Shown: one piece after another, positions 24,376-36,000 of the stretch
How positions within the stretch are numbered: position 1 is the stretch's first letter
Layout of the letters: each line of letters starts with the position of its first letter
The notes under the pieces: model-generated
What the model saw: the letters and a program-made list of their open reading frames with translations, nothing else
Told to the model about the DNA's origin: nothing
Database searches by the model: none
Origin: Lytechinus pictus
Lineage: Eukaryota
Assembly: GCF_037042905.1 (NCBI RefSeq)
Contig: NC_087246.1
Coordinates: 2,544,001-2,608,000, forward strand
Length of the DNA: 64,000 nucleotides
Direction of reading: 5' to 3'
Program-made: the position numbers and the translations under genes

Positions 24376-25157
24376 CCTTGCATAATGTCATCGACCTTTG
24401 AATTTGTATATTTGAGAAACCTGATCGTACACAAGTCATGCATGAAGCAATATCATGAATTTATGTGAATCTGTTGTGCAATATCTTAATATTCATACAA
24501 AGAATGATTTATTATTGTACCAAAACTCCCAAACAATACAAAGTTTAAAAGAGGGGGTAATTTTTATCAACTAATTTGTGTGCATTGGTCAGTGAAATGA
24601 TTTTCTACATTAATGTTCGTAAATATTATGCAAGTCACAAGTTATTCAGTCTATAATTTGGCAATGTAAAATCCAATAATGCCTCTCCACTTTTGTATAG
24701 AGATATAATACATGTAATAAAAAGGTATGCACAACATAGCAATTAATGTTTATTTTTCTCTAAAAATGTTGGTGTATTTTATTGTTTTGTTGTTGAAAGT
24801 TTGGTTAACAATTGTCAAGTCATTGTTCTACATCATAAAACTGAGAAAAAGATATACAGGAAATGATAAAATCAAATGGACTTTCTCAAGTTTGATAGTT
24901 TGTTTTCTATGATCTTAGGAAAATCTTAGACCATGGCTTAAGTCAATTCTTAACTCAAACCAGGAGCCATGAAAAGGAGCTACAGACTTGTGGAAACCCT
25001 TGATATATAAGTATTTGACAATATATAGTTAGTATTGAACTATTTTTAATTCAGTTGGGTCATGCTTTCATGATCTCTGCACTATGATTGAAAAGTAATT
25101 CTTTTTTTTATTCTGTACATTCCATGATTTATATTAAAAAAATATATATAGTAAACA

Positions 25158-25163
25158 AATAAA
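25158..25163 (+). terminator. candidate GUCD1 polyadenylation signal
   Basis: AATAAA followed by GT-rich GTGTGTTTGGTGTG; an alternative AATAAA lies near 24716. Confidence 0.5.
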
Positions 25164-25485
25164 GTAGATTTCAGTGTGTTTGGTGTGAATGAACTATAGT
25201 CGGCTTTGGTTGTCATGTGTTGAAAGTCTTCCACATCACATTACATTAGTCCAATGGCACCTGTTGAACAAGATACAGGATGCAGATTAAAATTGAAGAT
25301 TTGTTAGAAGTTCAAGAAATCATGAATTTATCTTTTTATTTCCTGCTGCTCTGTCAGATAGAAATACTTATGGGGAAGGAATGAGATGGGTGTGATCAGT
25401 TAATGTCTTTAACCCATCACCCAAGACTACCCCACTCCATTCACATTGCCTTGAAGAACATGACTGTGAAATTCCCCTCTTCAAA

Positions 25486-25672
25486 ATGATTATAATAATG
25501 ATGATGATGATGATGCTGATTATGATGATGATGCTGATGATGATGATGGTGATGATGATGATGATGATGGAGATGACATTGATGCTGCTGCTGATGATTA
25601 TGGTTATTATGATGAGGAGGAGGAGGATTACAATGATGATGGTGATGATGATTCTAATGATGATGATGATTA
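25486..25672. repeat. (ATG)n microsatellite
   Basis: Imperfect ATG/GAT trinucleotide run; source of the poly-Met ORF. Confidence 0.95.
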
Positions 25673-26150
25673 CATTTAATGTCAGTATATTTTCAAACCT
25701 TAGTCCACGTCATAAAGAGTTACAACTATGGTAACTTTGCTATTATGGCAATTACCATGAATGATGATGTGTCACAGCAGCCAATCACAATATAAGTTTC
25801 CATGGTAATTGCAATAATGACAAAGTAAGAATAGTTGAAAGTATTTATAAAACAGTGATCTCAAAAGATTTTACTCGGGCAAGCTAGCCTGAAATATCAA
25901 TACAGCCACCCCTATCCCCATGAATGATAATATATAGAGTATTTCTAAAGCGCCAAATCCACATTGATTATGTATGAACAGGATGGAGATGGATGAACAG
26001 GATGGAGATGGCAAGGGTGTAGGCTGAGGCAGAGGAGTTCCGACACTGGCAAGCAAAACAAAATTTGTACCCCTTCTGTTTTCAACAGCTGATTTTCCAA
26101 AATTTAGTCAGAGGTTTTAGAGAGAGTGAGGCAACTAAAGAGGCCATTTC

Positions 26151-26367
26151 CAGGGGCAGCTTGATCCAGGATTTTCCAAAAGGGGGGGGGGGGCACATTT
26201 TCCGAGGAAAACTTTGACAAGCAAAAAAAAAGGTCTTTATTTTCAAACGGGGGGGGGGGGGGGCACACTTCTGTTTTAACAGAATTTTTACATAAAAATT
26301 TTAATTGTGCCTCTCAAAGAGGGGATGGGCCGGCTTTGCCCCCCCCCCCCCCCCTGGATCGCCAGTG
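26151..26367. mobile_element. hAT-like MITE
   Basis: CAGGGGC..GATCCAGG / CCTGGATCGCCAGTG termini, 8-bp TSD GCCATTTC/GTCATTTC. Confidence 0.7.
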
Positions 26368-26559
26368 GTCATTTCATATTTGATGGCCCCTGGGGCTTGA
26401 AGACATATTACAAAAAACAATGGCAAAGATTGGTATGAAAATACATATTAAAGGCGAGTCCAACACATAATTTTTTTTATTTGAATCAATAGAGAAAACT
26501 CAAACAAGCGCAAATGATCAATCGAGTTTGTTTAAAGAGGATATATAGGCCAAGGTCTG

Positions 26560-27094
26560 GGGGGGGGGGGGCATGTGTCCCCACTTTCTGTGATCGGTTG
26601 TGCCGGTATTTTCCTGGGCGGATAACTGAGACTTGAAATAGTAGGTCTACTTTACTACCGGTAAGGTACTAGTCTACAACTGTAGACCCACATCTGCAGT
26701 GTGTGTATCACAGCTGATTCAAGGAGTCTGCATAGCAGACTAGAGCTGCAGGTCTACTAGAGCTGCAAATGGCTCGCTTCGCTCGCCCTTTCAGGCTGGT
26801 TTGCTTCGCAAACCAGCTGTAGATCCCAGGCCCACGTCACGAGCCATTCAATTCAGAGTCTGCATATAGCAGACTAGTACGGTACCGGTACCTGGATTTA
26901 CTTGGATCCGGATGTAGAGACATACATTAGGCCTACAGCTACAAAGCTTATTTTAAAGCTGTAACTGTATAAAGCTTTAAAGTCTAGCAAGCTACATGAA
27001 ACACTGCGGTTTTTATTTGCAATTATACCTATCTGTTGCATCCGCTGAATGTATCTATAGGATCAGATTGATTTTCCTTTAATAGCAGTTTTAA
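26560..27094 (+). promoter_or_regulatory. probable ACOX3 promoter / 5' non-coding exon region
   Basis: Local CpG retention, GGGCGG at about 26616, possible donor CCG|GTAAGG at about 26661, NAGNAG acceptor AATAGCAG just before the ATG. Confidence 0.45.
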
Positions 27095-30000
27095 ATGACC
27101 GATAAAATGTCGAAAGTCAGATTGCTCGACAAGCTCGTACAAGAAAGGGCTGGATCAGGCGATTCTTCACCACAAAATGCCCCGAGAGTAGCGGACCAGA
27201 TTCTGTCGGGAAATGATGACGGCCATGAGAATGCTGAACAAACGCATATCTTCGATGTTTTACCAGACTTACCAGCAGGACCTCTTGATCTTTACCGAAA
27301 TAATGCTTCGTTTGATTGGAAGTCACTTAAGGTTGCATTTGAAGGAGAAGATTGTATTCGTTATCATGTGAGTGGAAATTACAAAGTCAGTTCAACTTCA
27401 AGTTCAAGACAGATAGGTCCTACATCATGAGATAAGACTTTAATTAAGAGTCTACCGTACTCATAATCATATTTAATGACTCAAACTAAGAAAGTAGACT
27501 CGTTACACAAACAGATTAATGGGCCATGATAGGGGAACCTAAAGCTACGCACTTTTTTTTCAAACGATGAAAACTATTCCAATTTTAATATTTGAAAAAA
27601 TTATCACCAATTTGTGGTAAATATTCTAAAGTCTAAAGATCCTTCACCAAAAAGAAAAATATCTTAAAACTCAAATTCTGCCATGTTTTCCAAACACCTC
27701 TTGATTTCACCGCCCGAGAAGGGGTCCTAAAGCCATTTATAAATAATATAATGCAAAAAAATAGTATTTCAATTTTCTAAGATATGTTCATATTATTATA
27801 GGATAATATGAAATTAAAGCGAATATAAATCCAAAATTACAGTTGTGGGTTTTCCCTGCATTTAGAAATTAATGATTTACTGCAGCCTCTGTAGAAAAAA
27901 ATTGAGTAAGAATCGTTCGTCACTCTGCATTCAGTTCCACACACAGAGTGCGCATTTGCCATTAAAAACTGCATGCATGATGAGTGGTGCGTAGCTTTAG
28001 GCCCCTCTACCATACCTGAAGTAGGCCTAACGTTAGGGTCTACCTTTTTTAACTACCGTACATTGTAAAACATTTAACAAAAGAAGACTAGGTGTAGGCC
28101 TATAAGACCAAGGAAGGCAGAAGAATGAATCAAATGAGAAAAATTTCATAATAAAATACAAAAGAAATAGTGAGTGGGTGATGTCATCAGTCCTCTCATT
28201 TGCGTTCCGACCAGGATGTCCATATACATGTAACTTGTGTGGAATAAAGCGAAACTTTAAAATGTCATTAGGCCTAGATCTAGACTCTACTTTCCTATTT
28301 TACAACAGATTTTGATGAACGTTTCAAACTCATTTGATTTTTCTCTTTTGGTTCAAATCAATTTTTTGTTGCCAGGGTGGACTTGTCCTTTAACTCGGCC
28401 TGCCCTATCCCAAGCCAGGCCATTCTCAGTAGATAGCTTGACATTTATTCCTTTTCAAAATAATAATTATGCTTTGCTCAATTATGAATATTGATAGTGT
28501 ACATGTATTATATTGGGTAGCTTTCTACGGACCTGCAGAAAACTGGAATGTTTTAAAAACATGTTGACAGTGTATCTAAGAACATCCCAAAAACATTGAT
28601 TTAAATAGAAGTTAATTCCGAAGAAAAGCTGTTGAAGTAAAATTCACTAAAAAGTAAATTCCCCCCACGCGTAAAGTGGATTTGAATAAATTGTTGAGAT
28701 TTTAAACAATCAAACAGCCCCGATACTAAAAATTTAAATTTTATCCTTAGTTGGAACCAGGTGAAAATCCCGGGGGGGGGGGGGGGGCCACTTACATTGA
28801 CGAGTGGATACCATGCGCGACCAAAAAAACACGTAAAAAGGATGTCCTTTTCACGATAGGGCACGTTACGTACGTAACGTGATAAGGGTGTCAAAAACAC
28901 AAAAATAATGAAAAAAGGGTGTCTATTTCGCTAGGAAAATTACGTGTTTAGGGTCGAATTTGCGGGAATGATAAAACAAAATTAAAATGTTTTATAAAGG
29001 ATGTCCATTTTGCCCCAACACTTCGTGTTTAGAGTCCGATTTGCGCGAGGTGTAGAAGGTGGGGTCGTACTAAACCAAATAAGGTAAAGCCGACGACCGA
29101 AGGACCCGTAACAATAAAACATTCCTGTACTTGTTTAGGGGTTCATTTCAAGGAATATTTGCCAAGAGTATCGTTTTGTTTCCAATACTTGTTAAGGGTA
29201 GGGTTTCACACGCCAATACATGTTAAGGGGTGCATTTTCAGAATATGGAAATTACGTGTTTAGGGTGCTTTTCGAGACCCCATGGTCGCGCATGGTATCC
29301 ACTCTTGAATGGAAGTGGCCCCCCCGGAGTGAAAATGCAAGTAATGTCATTCATTAAGTTTGTATACTTTCCAAAGACCATAGAGGTAGAACGTGAATTA
29401 TGCTTATAAAATAATTGATTACATCACAATTATACTGAGTCTATTTCTTATATACCGTAACTATAGTTTTTTATTTGAGGCAGTAGGAGAGATTCAACTG
29501 AAGTCTGATTAAATGTTTTAATTGTTCATTTTTTAATTACGTTGGCTATAGAATGTCCCATTTTGGAATGTCCATAGATATAACTTTTTTTTTACTTCAA
29601 TTGTACATGCTCAAACCTGTTTGAAGAATTTCATTAAAAAAATTATAATGTTCTTGCACTAATGTGTAAAAGACTGAACATTTTAGATTTTAAAGGTCAA
29701 GTGAATCCCAACTAGAAGTTGAGTATACTGAAAGTTTCAGTCTTTGTTATCAGTTTGTTACTCTGGAGAAATTGTACATTTTGCTTCACTATACATCCTT
29801 TAATAGACAAGTCTTTCTTACACTCTGTACAGCCTACAGGTAACCCATGTCTAAAAAAATAATTCTTGATTTTTACCATTATAACAACATTTTTCATCAA
29901 AATAAAGGTCAATGTATAATTTATTTTTTTCTCAGAATCTATTCATTAACAGTTCATTGGTGCAATTTCAATAACAATATAAGAAAATTACAGAGGCTGC

Positions 30001-33000
30001 AGAACAAGTTTTGAAAGGGGGGTGCAGATTATGCAAAAAATCACAATGATGGTAATTTTTATGTTTTATACACTTTTTTTGCGGCCCCTGATATGCTGAA
30101 TGATAAGAATGATATAAAAACCACCATTTTTTTTTGGGGGGGGGATAATACATGTACATGTACAGTTAGCCAATGGGGCATAGGTCTATCACACTGTGTG
30201 TAAGGTGGTTAGCTAATAGGCCTACTGTGTAGGAGGAGAAACCACAAAAGTTTTTTTTTAAAGATGTTTAAAAACTCCTCCAAACAGATGAATTTCAGAG
30301 CTCTGCTTAGAAGTTGAGTTAAATAAATACCCGGTACAGAAATATCAAATGAACATTACATTGATAATTTTCAACAATCAAAGATTGACCTAAGTTTTAT
30401 TTTTTGTAAAATAATGACCTGCACATCTTTGTCAGTATGCAAAACAAATTTAGGAGCCAAAGATGTGTTGTAGATTTTAGTAACCAGAACTGACAATTTT
30501 CCTAACTTTTATTTCAATATCCAACAAACCTTAAGATCAAAACATGCACACCTTTGGTCAAGAGTAAAATCTCCCTTTCCATGGCAATGCTCAGTCAACA
30601 TACGTAGCCCTCGTCATTGGCTACCAACCAAGCCGTCAAAGTTTACCAATCTGGTCTGACATGTTTCACTCTGTGTTGTCTGTACCGCCCTTTCCCTATG
30701 AAAGTCTCTGTTTATAGTTTTAAGGACATCCTTCAAGCAAGACTTTTTATTTGTTTCCTGCTTCTAGTACAAGATATGGAAAACGCTGGAGAAAGACCCA
30801 CTCTTCCAACACAGTCAACGACCACTGACAATGGAGGAATCCAGAGCCCTTGTCTTCCGTCAAGTGAAGCAGCTGATCTGCTACAACTTCCTCTCCATGG
30901 AAGGCATCCTAGCTAATCCAGACACCATCAGCTGGTTCAACAATGCTGTATGCCTTTATGATGCAGCACTGGCTACCAAGTTTAACCTGAACAAGAATGT
31001 AAGTGTTTGCAGTTGATTTTACATTGATTTTCTTTTCACCATGGTACCATTTCAGATGCCAGAACATTCCAATCAGACAGAGAATCAGAGGGTAGAGTTA
31101 TTGCACAATGACCCCCAAGGCCCAAAAGCTGGATCTGATCAGAACATTCGGATGTCACTGCCCACATATGGTAGCATGTGTCAAATCCCTAGTAAGGGCC
31201 AAACTGCAGTATCCAATAACGTATTCTGCACACATTATAGTTTAACTCCATACAATCTTAATAAAAAATTAAATGTTTAGAGCAGGCCATATTTTTCCAG
31301 GGGTTTTCTGAATAGAACTACATTTTTATTCAGATTATGATTCAATGTGATAATTAAAATGTATGTCCATGTCTATAAATCTGATTCTTGTGATATATTA
31401 ATGTGTATTTTTCAGTTGTTTGGGCAGACATTGAGAGCCAGTGGTTCCATGAAGTATGAAGACATTGTCACACAGAGCGAGGCATTAGAGGTGAGTTGTA
31501 GTGTGAAGGAGACAATTAGGTATCTGGTAAAATTACACAATATCAGGCACTAAAGGTGTATTTCATTTCTCAGGAAAACCCCTCAGACTCAAGTAGAAGC
31601 TAATAAAAATGCAGTGTCCCATTGTCTTTTACTGCCATCCTGCACTTTGGCAACTATATTTCAGATCCCTGATGCCTGGTGTTGTATGTTTTGAAATAAG
31701 AGGATTAGCTAGAACCTAGGGGATTTAATGATTAAATGAAAAAGTTGGAGTTGCATTATTGCAACAAACGTAATGTAAGAAGGCTGTGACATTTCTTTCA
31801 TTTGAGGTTATTTTGTTATTCCATACTGTCAGAAGGCTTCTTGAACTACATGTAAGTGTTACTTTATAAAGTGGTACTGATCAATCATTACAGCATGTTA
31901 TACAGGTATGACTCTAAGAAATATTACACTTACCAATGCATTCACAAAGAAAAAACTCTTTGATTCCATGAAATTAAAATTTATGAAAGTTTACATTGGA
32001 TGTGAATCATTCAGCTGGATTTTAGTTTTACTGATACCTTTGTTTTAATATTCACTCAGATAATGGGTTGCTTTGCTTTGACTGAGTTGGCACATGGGTC
32101 CAACACAAGAGCCATGAGAACAACAGCAAAATATGACCCAAGCACACAGGTATGTATTGTATGGTGATATACAGGGGGGGGGGGGATGACATATATACTG
32201 TTCTTTGAAAACCAAATGGTTCTTGACTTGAATCTATTTTTGCATGTCAAATCTGCTATATGAATTCTTTTTATAATTTCATCTTTGAGATAAGCTGCAG
32301 AGCCCTTTGAAGATTACAGCAGATGATGATGTTGCATGCACATTAGTACATAATGTGATTTATCCTCACTCGTGGGTGTCAATCCATGACATCACACTAT
32401 TCAAGTGATGAGATGAGATAATCCCCCTGAACAGTAGGTTGGATTTACGCCAGCGTTCTCACTAAAGTTGAGGCTTTGTCTAAATTTTTGCATGAAGCAT
32501 GAGGGGTGAAGGGGTCTATTATCTTTCTTGTCAAGTACAGAAATGGCATATATACAGTTATCTTGGCAAATCACAAGACCAGAATTCTAATGACTTCCAT
32601 TGAAAGTGCACGGCTAAGTTAAATAAATTTTTAAAAATATATAACAATCATGCACTCGGCAGGTGCATCTACATACATGTACAGTCTTGTGTAGGGGCAG
32701 ATCTACATGTAGGATTGACTGGGGATATGGTGTCCGACCATAGAAGCAGTATGCAAAAATAAAAGAGTGAGAAAAAGATGGGCAATAGAAAAGAGAGTGT
32801 CCTGCCAACCACTGCCCCCCCCCCCAAGATCCCCTGCATGTACTTTATATAAGGTTTTTCTTAATACTCATTTAGTTCACAAATTCCATTGCTTCTGGAT
32901 AAATTGGGTGCCTGTCCAGAAGTATTGCAAAAGAGCTCTTTTTCCCAAAATCATTCTACAGTGTACACTTTATACAAACCAAAACAATTGTATTAGGTAC

Positions 33001-36000
33001 CTGATCAAAATGTATTTTCAAAGAAAATTCACAAAATTTCACAGATAATACACATTTTTATTTTATATCCCCCACATCAATCTTTTAGCCTAAAATCTAT
33101 TGATAAATTGGAATCACGAAATTTGGGAATTTTACACAACTGAAAATATGCTATAATAAAAAGTTGATATTTTACTAAGAATATACATGTAAGTGTTGTT
33201 TTCTTCATTTGAAGAAGGGACATTTTGGGGCAAAAGGTCCTTATGACTTTATGATGTAATCCCCCATGTTTAGCTTTTTATACATGCTGAAATGTGCATT
33301 GATAGAATAGACAAGAGTCAGACTGTACACTGTTTGTTAATATTTGTCTAACAAATGATCAAAGGGCATCATTAATTGATCAAAGATAAAAGAGCTGATA
33401 AAGATAGATTTTCTACTAGGCTAAAGTAAGCTTGTGTCAACCAAGCTAATTGAGACTGATTATTATTGAGCAAATTTGAGCTAGATATACCATGAGGTAT
33501 TTTTATTTATTTATTTATTTCATTTCCAGGCAAGAAAACATGACAGCAATAGAAACATTACAAAAGAAATGTAAAATTTAGCACCAGCCAATGCCTGGGG
33601 ATCACCTAAAAGAATTGAAAATTCTGTCGAGAGGTTCTCCACATTGGCTGGTGTCTACATGGAATAACACAAAATAGCAATAAATTCAAACATGTAATTA
33701 CAATACTTCTATATAAATTAATTAACATTCATCGTAATATGAATGAAAAAAAAAAAAACCAAGGTTTTCAAATTCATACTTTAAGAAAAAAAAATGTAGA
33801 TTGGGTCAAATCAGAAATTAGTCATTTATCAAATTAGAGACAGAGATGGTAGGTCAACTTATTGAATTTCAAGAGTCTGAGATAAATTGTTGTATTATGA
33901 CATTTGTCACGGTTATGTGCGGGTTTAACAAAAAAAGCAAAGTAAACGACTTCTTAGATATCAACTGAATTTAAGCTACCATATCAAGAAAAGTAAATAA
34001 ATTTATGTGTAACAGAAAAAAATAAACAATATGAAGAATGGGAATGTATGGCAAAGCATTAGAAAATCAAATAATCAATCATAAATGAAACACACATTCA
34101 AAGCATTGGCCTGATGTGACAAGAACTAAGTTGAGAGCTTTACACGAAAAGAGGAATGGTAATTAATTAATTATATGAAGGTGTAATAGAATTTCAGTTG
34201 ATTGAAATACATGTATAGCAAACTATTAGAAAACCAAATAATTAATCAAAGTACAAACAAGTGAGTGACATATAAAATGTTTTTTTTTTAATGTAAAAAA
34301 AAAAGATCTAAGACATGCTAGGAAGACTTTAGAAGGGATCACAATTTTGATACTGTGTGAGACTACAAATTAAAAATGGTTCTAGCGTTATTAGGGTATG
34401 GGTACGTGCTAACAAATTAATATGCTTCTACGAGGGGAGGTAATTCAAAGAGGAAATTTCGTAACACACTGAGGAAGGGGAAAACGTTGGTTCCTACACA
34501 CAAGTCTCTGTCTGCCTCTGATAAATGCTCCCAGAATCTGGGAAAAACATGGAAACAAGTAAATCTTAAACAATTTGATCGTGCAAGTTGATGATTGAAG
34601 ACGAGTGTGTGAGTTCGTCTATGGCTTGGGATTGGTAACAGAGAAGTAGGCATGTCATAATGTCTATGCAGGCACTTTATTACAAAAGACATTGACAGGT
34701 AAACGAGTCTATTATAGAGAGGGGGTATGTTTAGTAGGGATAGGCGTTCCGTGTAAGATAAGGAATTGGCAACTTCGTATGGGAAACAAAATCTAGTGAA
34801 ACGCCTTTGCACACCTTCAATGGCTCTGATATGGTTTTTCTGATGGGGGAGCCATGTTGGAATACCGTACTCAATCACAGGTCTGCATAATGAGCAGAAT
34901 AGTTTTGTGAGAACTGTGGCATTTCTAGATTTCACTGTACGGCGAATAAAACCACAAAGCATGGAACATCTGTTAACAACATGTTGAATGTGGTCTTTCC
35001 AACTCAGATCTCGTGCGAGTTTGAGTCCAAGATATTTATAGGACTCAACTTTGTCTAACTGCTTTTCTCCGAGGAAGTAAACAGTGGTCACTGGTTTACG
35101 GGACCTAGTTATATGCATAACTTTACATTTGGATGAATTCAGGACCATGTCATTATTAATGCACCATAAAAGTATGTTGTTCAGGTCTGTTTGCAACAAT
35201 TTAGAGTCATCAGGGGTATAGATTTCCCGATACAAGACCGTGTCATCGGCATATTGGGGGAGGGGAGAGGAGACAGTGTTCGGTAATTCAGCAGTAAAGT
35301 AATTAAATAGGATCGGTCCTATAACGGAGCCTTGTGGTACACCGGAGGGAACTGTTATCCACTCCGATTTTATCCCTTCAAACAATACACACTGTTGCCG
35401 ATCTGAGAGGAAAGAACGTATCCAACAAAGCAATTTCCCACAAATTCCATAGTTATGCAACTTTTGGACTAGTTTGAAATGGTTAACCTTGTCGAAGGCT
35501 TTGGACCAGTCCAAAAAGATTGCATCAATTCTTGGGGGTTTAGACTGGTCCAAAGCCTTTGCCCAATTAGAATGGAGGGTAACAGCTTGTGTTGAGGATG
35601 AGCGCTTTGGGAGGAAACCATGCTGGGAATCAGGAATAATCTTGTAAGTTTGTGAGTGATTTAGAAGCTTGGCCACAATAAGCCGTTCAAGTATCTTACA
35701 TGGAACAGAGCAAAGTGAAATTGGTCGATAGTTTTCGATCTTCTTACGGTCACCACTCTTGTGGAGCGGAGTCACATAAGCTTGCTTCCATGACCTGGGT
35801 ACACATCCAAGCTTGAGGCTTAAATTAAAAACTTTCGTAAGGATTGGAGTGATAGCAGTATCACCAATTTTAAGAAAGTTTGGGGAAATGCCATCAGGGC
35901 CAGGGGGCTTATTGACTTTCAATTTTACTATTTCTTTAAAAACATCACACTCGTCTATTTCAAAATCTTTCAAAGGAGTCATTCCAAAGTGGGACGTACA

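Noticed and set aside
24373..24470. stop-codon readthrough of GUCD1 (TGA-C)
   Set aside because: Context is TGACCT, not the TGACTAG motif, and the protein already ends where homologues end.
25486..25734. poly-Met ORF
   Set aside because: Artefact of the (ATG)n microsatellite.
27119..27145. PTS2 signal RLLDKLVQE in ACOX3
   Set aside because: Position 9 is E rather than L/A/F, so it fails the PTS2 consensus; PTS1 AKL is present.
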